The notes beneath the pieces are model-generated. The model was not told where the DNA came from, searched no databases, and saw only the letters and a list, made by a program, of their open reading frames with translations. From assembly GCA_903873945.1 (NCBI GenBank), contig CAIQQM010000227.1, forward strand, positions 66,781 to 129,379: DNA of 62,599 nucleotides, in the 5' to 3' direction. The number at the start of each line of letters is the position of its first letter. Positions within the stretch are counted from its first letter, which is position 1. Both the position numbers and the translations under genes were made by a program. Positions 35,484-44,896 of the stretch are shown piece after piece. The DNA comes from an uncultured Verrucomicrobiota bacterium (GTDB lineage Bacteria > Verrucomicrobiota > Verrucomicrobiia > Limisphaerales > UBA8199).

Positions 35484-37658
35484 ATGTCCCTTACCGTTTC
35501 CGAATACCCCAGAACCGAAGCTTCCGGTGTTGCGCCCGGCAGCGGTTCCTTGCCGCGTGTCCGACGTGGGTGGCGCCTCTTCTTCTTTTTCTCTTCCGCG
35601 ATGCTCCTGACAGGGCTGGTCGCACTGCTCTTTGCCGATCTCCTCTGGCGCACCGGTTGGTCAACTTCCAGCACCATTCTTCTGGGGTTGTTCGTAATTC
35701 TTTTCCTGCTCACCGCCGTCGGCTGCATGAGCGCCATCTTTGGGTTCGTGCTCCGCACCTTCGGCGATACTCGCCGAATTACTCATTTGGCTGAATACCG
35801 TTCCCGAACTATCGAAGGAACGAGTACCGCTCTGGTGTTCCCTATCCACAATGAGGAAGTGGGACGTGTTTACGAAGGTTTGCGCGCCACCTATGAATCC
35901 CTCAAGAATACGGGGCAACTTGCCAGATTCGATTTCTTCATCCTGAGCGATTCAACCGAGATCGACAAATGGCTCGAGGAAGAGCGGTGTTGGTTCGATC
36001 TCATCCGCGACTTGAACGCCCTGGGCCGCATCTACTATCGTCGGCGCACTTTCCAGGAAAGCAAGAAAAGCGGCAATATTCGCGATTTCCTGAACACTTG
36101 GGGGCGCCGCTACCGCTATTTCATTGTGTTTGACGCCGACAGCATGATGCGTGGGGAGACCATCGTCGACCTCGTCAAACTGATGGAGGTGCATCCCAGT
36201 GTCGGTCTCATCCAGACCGTTCCTGCTCTTGTGAACGCTGAATCCTGCTTCGGCCGCATCCAGCAATTCGCCAACCGCCTCTATGCGCCGGTTTTCATCA
36301 CCGGCCTGAATTTCTGGGCCCAGAGCTTTGGCAATTATTGGGGCCACAATGCGATCATTCGCACCGATCCTTTCATGCAATGTTGCGACCTGCCGCAATT
36401 GCCGGGCGTGAAACCTTTCGGCGGCCAGATACTCAGTCACGATTTTGTCGAAGCCGCGCTGCTGCTGAAGGAAAACTGGCAGGTGTGGCTTGCTTACGAC
36501 TTGGAGGGCAGCTACGAGGAGACGCCACAGGGAATTATCGAGAACGCTCGCCGTGACCGGCGCTGGTGCCAGGGCAATTTGCAGCATGGGGTTGTTCTTT
36601 TTGTCCGGGGGTTGCGCGGCATCAGCCGTATCCACCTGCTCTTGGGCATCTTTGGTTACCTTGCCAGCCCGCTCTGGCTGCTTTTCCTCCTCACCTTCAA
36701 CTGGACGCTTTGGTTCAAGGAGCAAACCGGCCTCTCGGATATCACCGTCCGGGCATGGACGCCATTCATCAAGCTCAATGGCACCCAGCACGCCTTCCTT
36801 GTGTTTGTTATTTGCATGTGTGTGCTGTTTCTGCCGAAGCTCCTCGCTCTGTTGGACCTGGCAGTCCAGCGCCACCGCCGCCGTGCTTTTGGCGGCCTGA
36901 GGCGCGCCGCCGCGAGCACCCTCGTAGAAACCGTTTTTTCGGCCCTTCATGCACCGTTGCAAATGCTGTGGCATTCCCGGTTCGTCGCCACCATCCTGTT
37001 TGGCATAGGCGTCCATTGGGGGCCTCAGAAGCGCATGGCTGATGGTTTGGCTTGGTCTTCGGCTATCCGCGAGCATTGGCAACACACACTGATCGGCTTG
37101 GGTTGGGGCGCTATCGTGTGGCGGATTGATCCCCGCACCTTCTGGTGGTTCGTCCCTGTGGTGGCTGGCATGGTGCTATCTGTTCCGCTGAGTGTGTTTA
37201 CCAGCCGCAGCAGTTGGGGAACGCGCGCCCGCAGCCTTGGACTGTTCCTCACGCCCGAGGAGGTTTGCCCACCGCCGGAAATCGCCGGCTTGCGCATCCG
37301 TGTGGCCGCGCTGGAAAAATCTATCAAAGCAGCTCGGCGCTCCCCCGACTCGGGAATGGCTGAGGCAATTCTTGACCCCTACCTCAACGCTATCCATGTC
37401 TCACTTCTGCGCGAAAAACAGCTCAATCCGGATTACAACGCGGAGCTGGCGAAACTCGGCGTTGGCCAACCACGAGTGCGCGCACTGGGTGAAAAATTGC
37501 TCGTCGAGGGTCCCGACGCGCTGCAACCGGAAACAAGGCTCCTTGTGTTGTCTGATGCCGATACCTTGACATGGCTTCATCGCCAGGCATGGGTCCGGCC
37601 CAGCGCAACCCTCGCTCCTTGGTGGCAAACGGCTATCCGCCAATACGCCAGCTCCTGA
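35484..37658 (+). CDS. opgH: Glucan glucosyltransferase OpgH/MdoH (GT2)
   Basis: 724 aa. RRTFQESKKSGNIRDF, FIVFDADSMM, GLIQTVP and RRDRRWCQGNLQH (QxxRW-type motif) flanked by multiple TM spans. Confidence 0.9.
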   Translation: MSLTVSEYPRTEASGVAPGSGSLPRVRRGWRLFFFFSSAMLLTGLVALLFADLLWRTGWSTSSTILLGLFVILFLLTAVGCMSAIFGFVLRTFGDTRRITHLAEYRSRTIEGTSTALVFPIHNEEVGRVYEGLRATYESLKNTGQLARFDFFILSDSTEIDKWLEEERCWFDLIRDLNALGRIYYRRRTFQESKKSGNIRDFLNTWGRRYRYFIVFDADSMMRGETIVDLVKLMEVHPSVGLIQTVPALVNAESCFGRIQQFANRLYAPVFITGLNFWAQSFGNYWGHNAIIRTDPFMQCCDLPQLPGVKPFGGQILSHDFVEAALLLKENWQVWLAYDLEGSYEETPQGIIENARRDRRWCQGNLQHGVVLFVRGLRGISRIHLLLGIFGYLASPLWLLFLLTFNWTLWFKEQTGLSDITVRAWTPFIKLNGTQHAFLVFVICMCVLFLPKLLALLDLAVQRHRRRAFGGLRRAAASTLVETVFSALHAPLQMLWHSRFVATILFGIGVHWGPQKRMADGLAWSSAIREHWQHTLIGLGWGAIVWRIDPRTFWWFVPVVAGMVLSVPLSVFTSRSSWGTRARSLGLFLTPEEVCPPPEIAGLRIRVAALEKSIKAARRSPDSGMAEAILDPYLNAIHVSLLREKQLNPDYNAELAKLGVGQPRVRALGEKLLVEGPDALQPETRLLVLSDADTLTWLHRQAWVRPSATLAPWWQTAIRQYASS

Positions 37659-37717
37659 TCCAGCCCACAAATCCCTCTTGGCACTGCACGCTCATTCTGG
37701 TTAGCTGACCACGCCGA

Positions 37718-39925
37718 ATGACACGACTGCGCACCATCTCTATGCTCGCCTTTTGCGCCTTGGCGCTCCGGCCCGCCCTTCTTGCGCAGCAACAGCCAGT
37801 TTGGGAAATTGAAGCCCTCTCCGACGAAAGTGGCGTCGTGTACGATTTCCAAACCGGTCTAACCACCGCAACCAATGGTGTCATTGTCAAATACGGCAGC
37901 GCAGTCCTGACTGCCGACCGCGCGTCTGTGAACCAGCCGCTGGGTGAAGTTGTCGCCGATGGCCGGGTTCGTATTCAACAGGAAGAGCAGGTCTGGGCCG
38001 GCGAGCACATGACTTACAACTTCGAGACCCATCAGATTGAGGCTGAACAGTTCCGCACAGGGGACCCCCCCATTTTCGCTGCCGGACGCAACCTCCATGG
38101 CGAAGTAACAAACCAGGTCTATTTCGCCACGAACGCCCTGCTCACAACGGACAATGTTTCGAGTCCTGCCATTAAAATCCGCGCCAGATATATCAAGATT
38201 ATTCCCGGCGACAAAATCGAGGCATACCATGCTACCCTCTGGATAGGAGGGGTTCCGGTATTCTATTTCCCGTACTACTCGCGCAGCCTCGTTGAGAGCG
38301 GTAATAATTTCAATTTCACCCCCGGCTACCGTAATTCCTGGGGACCGTTCCTGCTAAGCTCTTACACATGGATCCTCAATCAGGAACTCGATGCCAAGAT
38401 GCATGTGGATTATCGCGAGCGCCACGGGATTGGCTTTGGCCCCGATATTAACTACCACCTTGGTGCCTGGGGAGAGGGCTCGTTCAGATACTACTACCTT
38501 CACGATCAGGATCCCAATGCGGGCAACACCGGCAATGGCATGATCCCGGAAAACCGGCAGCGCATCTTTTTCTCCTATCTGGCCAATCCAGTTACCAACT
38601 TGCAGGTTCGGGCCATGGTCCGATATCAAGGCGACACAAACATCATCAGGGACTTCTTCGAAGGAGAATATCGCCAAAATCCACAGCCGAATTCCTACAT
38701 CGAAGTGAATAAGTTCTGGCAGAACTTTAGCCTCGACGCGTTGGCCCAGCCTCAGGTCAACGACTTTCTGGAAACTGTTGAGCGTCTGCCCGAAGTCCGT
38801 TTAACCGGCTTTCGCCAGCAACTCGGAGACTCACCGGTTTATTACGAAAGCCAAAGTTCCATAGGCTATTACCGCCGGCTTTTCCCCGAAACCAATTCGG
38901 GGCCCAGCAGTCTGAATTACTCCGCCTCACGGGCGGACACTTATCAGCAGCTCCTGCTGCCCGAAACTTTCTTCGGCTGGCTCAATGTCATTCCTCGAGT
39001 TGGCGGACGGTTTACTTACTACAGCGAAGCCAACGGCGGCGGCGCAACGACGGATGAACAGGCTCGCGGCGTTTTCGATACTGGCGCGGAAGTCTCGTTC
39101 AAAGCTTCCCGTGTTTGGCCGGAGGTTCAAAGCGATTTTTTCCAAATGGATGGTTTGCGCCACATTATTGAACCATCCATAAACTATGTTTACGTGCCCC
39201 AGCCAAATGTTCTGCCCAATCAGGTGCCGCAGTTTGATTACATGATGCCCAGCCTGCGCCTTCTGCCCATTGACTTTCCCGACTTCAACGATATTGATTC
39301 CATTAACAGTGAGAACGTCTTCCGGTTCGGTTTGCACAACAAGCTCCAGACCAAACGTCAGGGAGAGGTTGTGAACCTCGTGGACTGGAACGTCTACACC
39401 GACTGGCTTTTGAAGCCGTTGACCAACCAAACTACTTTCTCCGATATCTATTCCGACCTTGTTATCCGGCCGCGCTCATGGCTCACTGTTGAATCGCTCA
39501 CTCGTTACGACGTCGAGGATGGCCTGTGGCGGATGTCTCTCACCACCCTCACGTTGAAGCCGAATGATCATTTTAGTTGGACTCTCGGACAATACTATCT
39601 TCGCACTGATACGAGTACGTCCCCAACTTCGCTTGGTCCGGGCAATAATCTTTTCACCAGCACCCTCTATTGCTACCTCAACGAAAACTGGGGACTTCGG
39701 GCTTACCAGCGTTTCGAAGCGCAAGATGGCGTCATGCAGGAACAGGCTTACTCAATCTACCGCGATATGCGGAGCTGGACGGCGGCCCTCACGTTCCGCG
39801 TCCTAAACAATCCCGGCTCTCGGCAGGATTATACCATCGCCTTCACGTTCTCGCTGAAGGCATTTCCGCATTTCAAACAGGGCGCCGACCGGACCGATCC
39901 ATCCTTGTTGTGGGGTGAGATCTAA
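37718..39925 (+). CDS. LptD-like outer-membrane LPS-assembly protein
   Basis: Signal peptide (MLAFCALALRPALLAQQ). OstA-like N-domain (LTADRASVNQPLGEVVADGRVRIQQEEQVWAGEHMTYNF). Large aromatic-rich beta-barrel-like C-terminal part. Confidence 0.72.
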   Translation: MTRLRTISMLAFCALALRPALLAQQQPVWEIEALSDESGVVYDFQTGLTTATNGVIVKYGSAVLTADRASVNQPLGEVVADGRVRIQQEEQVWAGEHMTYNFETHQIEAEQFRTGDPPIFAAGRNLHGEVTNQVYFATNALLTTDNVSSPAIKIRARYIKIIPGDKIEAYHATLWIGGVPVFYFPYYSRSLVESGNNFNFTPGYRNSWGPFLLSSYTWILNQELDAKMHVDYRERHGIGFGPDINYHLGAWGEGSFRYYYLHDQDPNAGNTGNGMIPENRQRIFFSYLANPVTNLQVRAMVRYQGDTNIIRDFFEGEYRQNPQPNSYIEVNKFWQNFSLDALAQPQVNDFLETVERLPEVRLTGFRQQLGDSPVYYESQSSIGYYRRLFPETNSGPSSLNYSASRADTYQQLLLPETFFGWLNVIPRVGGRFTYYSEANGGGATTDEQARGVFDTGAEVSFKASRVWPEVQSDFFQMDGLRHIIEPSINYVYVPQPNVLPNQVPQFDYMMPSLRLLPIDFPDFNDIDSINSENVFRFGLHNKLQTKRQGEVVNLVDWNVYTDWLLKPLTNQTTFSDIYSDLVIRPRSWLTVESLTRYDVEDGLWRMSLTTLTLKPNDHFSWTLGQYYLRTDTSTSPTSLGPGNNLFTSTLYCYLNENWGLRAYQRFEAQDGVMQEQAYSIYRDMRSWTAALTFRVLNNPGSRQDYTIAFTFSLKAFPHFKQGADRTDPSLLWGEI

Positions 39926-41259
39926 CTGGTGACCGATGATTGGTGACGTGAGGCCCTGTGTTGTTTCAACCAGGGAGCGGTTTTTTCTCCGGCCCAGATT
40001 TTTTTGACCGCCTGGCGATCCCGGACGATGGCGGCTTGGCGGCCATTAACCAAAATCTCTGCTGCAAGAGCACGTGTGTTGTAATTCGAAGCCATGACCG
40101 AACCGTAAGCGCCGGCGCTCATCAACGCCAAATAGTCCCCCTCACCCACTTTTGGCAGCGGCCGATCATGACAGAAGGAATCACCGGACTCGCAAATGGG
40201 GCCGACGACATCAGATTCAGCCCGTGCGCCGTTCTTGCGGAGTAGTGGCACAATTTCGTGATAAGCCTCATAAAGCGCCGGCCGGATCAGATCGTTCATG
40301 GCGGCGTCCACAATGAGGAAATTCTTCCGGCCGGTGCGCTTCACATATTCGACGCGCGTGATTAGAACTCCCGCGTTTCCAGAAATGAATCGACCCGGTT
40401 CCATAAGAATCCGTAGACCAAGGGGTTGAAGCAACGGGAGTAGCTGGGCCGCATATTTTCGCGGCGTAAGGATATTGTTCGACTGGACAGATTTCCACCA
40501 CGCGGCATCGCCGCTGGCAAGGGCATGTTGGTAGACGATGCCTGAACCGCCGCCGATGCTGAAGAATTCCAGCCCGTACTTGTTCTTTAGCCGCAGTACT
40601 AGCGGCACCACCTTGCGGACCGCGCGGTCGAAAGGATCAACTGTGGTAATTTGTGACCCGATGTGCATCTGAAGTCCGCGCAGGCGCAAATTTTTCAATC
40701 GGCTGGCGCGCGCATAGACGCCTTCGATGTTCTCAAACGGGATGCCGAACTTATTTTCGTAGGTGCCGGTTGTGATTTTCTTGTGTGTTCCGGCTGCGAT
40801 GTCCGGGTTGACACGCACCGCAACCGGCGCGATTTTCTTCAACCGTGCAGCAATGCGGTTGATGCGTTCCAACTCGGGTTCACTTTCGACATTGAATGAG
40901 TAAATGGCCTTCCGGAGAGCAATCTCGATTTCACTCTCGGTTTTGCCCACGCCTGCAAAAACACACCGCTGCGGATCGCCGCCAGCCTCGATCACCCGTT
41001 GCAGTTCGCCGCCGCTTACTATATCAAAGCCGCTTCCGAGGAGGGCTAGCGTGCGCAACACTGAACGGTTGGAGTTGGATTTGACCGCGAAACAGATCAG
41101 ATGCTCAACCCCGGCAACGGCTCGGTCGAGCTTTTGGAAGTGGTCGGTCAAAGTGTGCTGCGAGTAAACGTAAAGCGGCGTGCCGAATTTCCGGGCAAGC
41201 GTATCCAAGGCAACGCCTTCGCAGTAAAGTTTTTTGCCGACGTAACGAAAATCATGCAT
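39922..41259 (-). CDS. lysA: Diaminopimelate decarboxylase
   Basis: FAVKSNSN (PLP lysine), HIGSQI, GGGSGIVY, EPGRFISGNAG and CESGD blocks. About 25-aa C-terminal extension. Its stop codon overlaps the lptD-like stop. Confidence 0.9.
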   Translation of the reverse strand: MHDFRYVGKKLYCEGVALDTLARKFGTPLYVYSQHTLTDHFQKLDRAVAGVEHLICFAVKSNSNRSVLRTLALLGSGFDIVSGGELQRVIEAGGDPQRCVFAGVGKTESEIEIALRKAIYSFNVESEPELERINRIAARLKKIAPVAVRVNPDIAAGTHKKITTGTYENKFGIPFENIEGVYARASRLKNLRLRGLQMHIGSQITTVDPFDRAVRKVVPLVLRLKNKYGLEFFSIGGGSGIVYQHALASGDAAWWKSVQSNNILTPRKYAAQLLPLLQPLGLRILMEPGRFISGNAGVLITRVEYVKRTGRKNFLIVDAAMNDLIRPALYEAYHEIVPLLRKNGARAESDVVGPICESGDSFCHDRPLPKVGEGDYLALMSAGAYGSVMASNYNTRALAAEILVNGRQAAIVRDRQAVKKIWAGEKTAPWLKQHRASRHQSSVTS

Positions 41260-41368
41260 GGGACGGTGTTAAGCTTAACCTCCGGGCTATAAAATTCAAC
41301 CCAAACCCAAAACACTCGCGAAGTTGCGAAGTTGTGCGATGCGGCGGATGGTGGAAAGCGACAACCGT

Positions 41369-42208
41369 CTACGGTTCAGCCAGAATCTTCGCGCGCTCCC
41401 GATGATACTGCTCAGGCGTGATCTCATCTACTCTGTATTTCTGCAGTAATTGCTGCAGGCGTTGCGCTTTGTCTGCAGAGATGGGGAAAGCCGGACTCTC
41501 GATCGGTTGCATTACCGAGATGTTCTTGACCGCGACGGGTTCCTTTGCCTGCGCCTGAGCCGCCTTTTCAGCGGCTTGCCGCGCCTGTGCCTCGGTAGCA
41601 GCTTGTTTCTTAAGCTCGGCTTTGCTCGTAACAAGTTTGGGTTGTGGGGCGAGGTTCGTCGGACTTGTCACAAGGGGCTCCGCGTTCTTTACGGTAGCCG
41701 GAATGGTTCCAGCCAGAGGCTCGAACGCAGGTGCCGGGGCCGCTGGCGTGGCGGGTTCGGATTTCGTGGCTGTAGGGGTCAGAGTTGGTGCAACCGCTTG
41801 AGGCGGAAGCTGGTTCTGTAACTCAGTCATTTTCTCATGCAACGCTTCACGCGCTTTGGCAATGGCCTCCGTGTTCCCTGATGGCGTGTCAGTGGGCGCA
41901 GGCTCGAACCCCGGCTGGACGACAGAAATAGCTGCCGGCATTGCGGAAGCAGGAACTGGAGCCGGCGCAACTGCAGGCACTGCCGTGGGCTGCTTCATGA
42001 CCGGTGGAGCGATAGGGGCCTGAGTTTGGGGCGAAGTGATCGGCGTTTCCGTCTTGGCTGTGGGCGACTGTGCCGGTGGCTGATTCAATGCTTGTTCAAG
42101 AGCCTGGCGTGCCTTCGCTTGTGCTTCGGTATCCGCCGCGCGAACGGACAGCGAGGCAATGAACACAACCGTTGCGCAGACGAGCAAAAAGGTTTTGAAA
42201 ATCTGCAT
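41369..42208 (-). CDS. Secreted Pro/Ala/Thr-rich protein with C-terminal SHOCT-like domain
   Basis: Signal peptide (MQIFKTFLLVCATVVFIASLSVRA). Long low-complexity P/A/T/Q region. The C-terminus LLQKYRVDEITPEQYHRERAKIL resembles the SHOCT motif. Confidence 0.6.
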   Translation of the reverse strand: MQIFKTFLLVCATVVFIASLSVRAADTEAQAKARQALEQALNQPPAQSPTAKTETPITSPQTQAPIAPPVMKQPTAVPAVAPAPVPASAMPAAISVVQPGFEPAPTDTPSGNTEAIAKAREALHEKMTELQNQLPPQAVAPTLTPTATKSEPATPAAPAPAFEPLAGTIPATVKNAEPLVTSPTNLAPQPKLVTSKAELKKQAATEAQARQAAEKAAQAQAKEPVAVKNISVMQPIESPAFPISADKAQRLQQLLQKYRVDEITPEQYHRERAKILAEP

Positions 42209-42218
42209 GGGGGGTTAA

Positions 42219-43268
42219 TTAGGGCAAAACGGCTTCCGATGCAACAGCTTTCCCTGACAAGCCCGCGGTCGAAGGGACCAGGTTCCGCCACGCCTTCCCC
42301 CAGGGGTACATCAACACGGAACGCAACATGAGAAGCCTGACCTGTCTTCGACTGACTTTAATATGCTGCTGCGGATCAAGTGCGTTCCCCGAACGCAAGA
42401 GTTTCAATGTCTCCATGCCGATCAAGATTGGCCACGAACAAGCGAGGCGCAAACGGACATTCCATTGCGGAATTGCGTTGGTATAAGCCCAACCCGCCAG
42501 CAGATGTGCCTGGGCCCGATCAAGATATGTGCCATAAAGCCGGCGCAAACGCGGTTCGTTCGCCGGCTGCAAAAGGTCCTCGGGCTTCAAACCTGCCACT
42601 GACAGGCTTTCCGTTGGCAAGTAACAGCGCCCATGCCGCAAGTCTGCCGGCAGGTCGCGGAGGATATTTACCAATTGCAGTCCCTTGCCGAAACGCACGC
42701 CGCTTTCCAGCAAAAACGTATCGTCGAGAACTGCCCGGGGGAACAAATGCAAGCGGCATATCTTCGTCCAAAACTCGCCCACACAGCCAGCAACGCGATA
42801 AGTGTAATCATCCAGCTCTCTATCCGTGCTTAAAGCTACAATGCGTTCTCTCGAGGCTCTTGTGAATCGCTGCAGGTCCAGCTCCTGTCCGCTGGTGATC
42901 ATGCTTAAGACATTCCTGACAAGATGCAAATCGGCTGGTGTCAATTTCTGCAGGAGCGCCAGGCTGGCTTCGCATTTTTCCAGCAACTCACGTTCGGCTG
43001 GCGCGGCTTGCTGGAGGGCGAGTTCGCCGAAATCCAAGGGCGCCTCGGTCAGCCCAAGGATGCGCTCGCGCAGTGCCTGCAACGCCTGGAGTTTTTTCTC
43101 CACCGGTATGAGTCCGGTGTCGGCGATAGTGTCCGTGATGCGCGCGAGCAAATAGGCGAGCCCGATGGGGAATCGAATCTTCGTCGGCAACACCCGCAAC
43201 GTCAGATAGAACGAGCGAGAGACGCTTTTCAACAAATCGGCCGGCAGTTTGTTGGAGGTGCGCGCCAT
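42219..43268 (-). CDS. Squalene/phytoene synthase family protein
   Basis: SRSFYLTLRVLP...AYLLARITDTIADT (first Asp-rich region), DDYTYRVAGCVGEFW, GLQLVNILRDLPADLRHGRCYLP. Confidence 0.8.
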   Translation of the reverse strand: MARTSNKLPADLLKSVSRSFYLTLRVLPTKIRFPIGLAYLLARITDTIADTGLIPVEKKLQALQALRERILGLTEAPLDFGELALQQAAPAERELLEKCEASLALLQKLTPADLHLVRNVLSMITSGQELDLQRFTRASRERIVALSTDRELDDYTYRVAGCVGEFWTKICRLHLFPRAVLDDTFLLESGVRFGKGLQLVNILRDLPADLRHGRCYLPTESLSVAGLKPEDLLQPANEPRLRRLYGTYLDRAQAHLLAGWAYTNAIPQWNVRLRLACSWPILIGMETLKLLRSGNALDPQQHIKVSRRQVRLLMLRSVLMYPWGKAWRNLVPSTAGLSGKAVASEAVLP

Positions 43269-43285
43269 CTATTCCTGCACAACTC

Positions 43286-44686
43286 TTAATCCGGCAACTG
43301 CTTCCATCTTGCCAGTTGCTTCCTGACTTGGCTGGTTCCGGGCGCGCCGGGAATGCCGCGCTGAGCAAGGGCGCGATGCAGGTTCAACACCTTGAGCGCA
43401 TCCTTTGCAAACCTCTTTTCTGTGGATTGGAACTCTGCCAGCGAGAGCTGATTCAACGGTTTGCCTGTCCGCTCCGCCAGGGCGACCAGCAAACCAACCC
43501 GGTGATGTGCCTGACGGAAAGGCATGCCCTTGCGGACCAGGTAATCGGCGAGGTCGGTTGCCAGGAGCGCCGGATCGCTGGCGGCAGCCAGGCAGGTTTT
43601 TCGATTTATCTTTGTGTGCTGCAGCATCGCCGCGCTGATGCGCACCGTCGCGCGGACGGTATCGACGGTATCGAACAGGCGTTCCTTATCTTCCTGCAAA
43701 TCGCGATTGTATGTGAGCGGCAGGCCCTTCAGCAGAGTCAGGAGTGAAACAAGATTGCCCACGACCCGCCCGCTCTTGCCTCGCATCAATTCCGCCACGT
43801 CGGGATTCCTCTTCTGGGGCATTAGCGACGATCCGGTTGTGTAGGCGTCGGCGATCTTGATGAAGCCAAACTCCGTGCTCGCCCAGAGCACAAGGTCTTC
43901 GCCCAGGCGCGAGAGATGGATTGCGAGCAGGGCGGCGATGCTGCAGAACTCGATTGCAAAATCCCTGTCGCTCACCGCGTCCATCGAATTCCGTGTTAAC
44001 CGCGGCCGGCCTTGAGCGTCAACAAAACCGAGCAATTTGGCCACGACCTCGCGCCGGAGCGGCAAGGTGGAACCCGCAATCGCGCCGCTGCCCAGCGGAC
44101 AAACATTCGTGCGCGCGAACGATTCCTGCAGACGTTGATAATCGCGCTCCAGCATTTCCACGTAAGCCAGTAAATGATGCGCGAGATAAACCGGCTGCGC
44201 CCGTTGCAGATGCGTGTACCCCGGAATGACAACCGCGATTTCCCTCTGGCCCAAAGAGACCAACACGCGTTGCAGTGAACGAACCTCACTTGATAGAGCC
44301 GCGATTTCATCCCGCAGCCAAAGCCGCATATCAAGCGCAACCTGGTCATTGCGGGAACGGCCGGTGTGCAACTTCGCCCCCGTCGGCACGCTGCGCGTCA
44401 ACGCGGCTTCAATGTTCATGTGAACATCTTCCAATTCCGGATCCCAATGGAATTTTCCTGTTTCGATCTTTCTCCCGATAACCTCGAGACCGCGCACGAT
44501 CGCGCGCAGGTCATTTCGGCTCAATAAGCCGGCCTTTTGTAGCATTGTGGCATGAGCAATCGAGCCGAGAATATCATGCCGCCACAGGCGCCAGTCGAAA
44601 GAAATGGATTCCGTGAATTGCGCCACGTTTACCGCGGGCCCGCCGGAAAATCGCCCGCTGCGGGATACTACAGAAGTCTTCTTCAT
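43286..44686 (-). CDS. argH: Argininosuccinate lyase
   Basis: HTGRSRNDQV, GYTHLQRAQP and GSSLMPQKRNPD (fumarate-lyase signature) blocks. Confidence 0.95.
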   Translation of the reverse strand: MKKTSVVSRSGRFSGGPAVNVAQFTESISFDWRLWRHDILGSIAHATMLQKAGLLSRNDLRAIVRGLEVIGRKIETGKFHWDPELEDVHMNIEAALTRSVPTGAKLHTGRSRNDQVALDMRLWLRDEIAALSSEVRSLQRVLVSLGQREIAVVIPGYTHLQRAQPVYLAHHLLAYVEMLERDYQRLQESFARTNVCPLGSGAIAGSTLPLRREVVAKLLGFVDAQGRPRLTRNSMDAVSDRDFAIEFCSIAALLAIHLSRLGEDLVLWASTEFGFIKIADAYTTGSSLMPQKRNPDVAELMRGKSGRVVGNLVSLLTLLKGLPLTYNRDLQEDKERLFDTVDTVRATVRISAAMLQHTKINRKTCLAAASDPALLATDLADYLVRKGMPFRQAHHRVGLLVALAERTGKPLNQLSLAEFQSTEKRFAKDALKVLNLHRALAQRGIPGAPGTSQVRKQLARWKQLPD

Positions 44687-44896
44687 GAGCTGGTATGACT
44701 GAATTTGCGCCGAACAGCCCGGAAAGTCACTGATAATCGTGATTCATGACCCGGGCGCGTTGGTGATGGGGATTCGGTAGCCGCGACGCGCAACGACGCG
44801 GTGAGGGCGCGTGTGTTGCTGGGCTAATGTGCGCGAAACTACACTGAAAAAAGAATTGTTCTCTCTCCCAGCCTGTGAAATCGTTACGCCGAACCG

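Noticed and set aside
35952-37085. 377-aa minus-strand ORF
   Set aside because: It is antisense to opgH, which has clear GT2/MdoH motifs. No recognisable motifs; a GC-rich shadow frame.
41260-41368. Looked for a lysine riboswitch or leader upstream of lysA, and for riboswitch-like structure upstream of cstA and argH
   Set aside because: The spacers are short (about 110-210 nt) and I could not recognise any conserved riboswitch core by eye. A covariance-model scan (Rfam/Infernal) would be needed to settle this.
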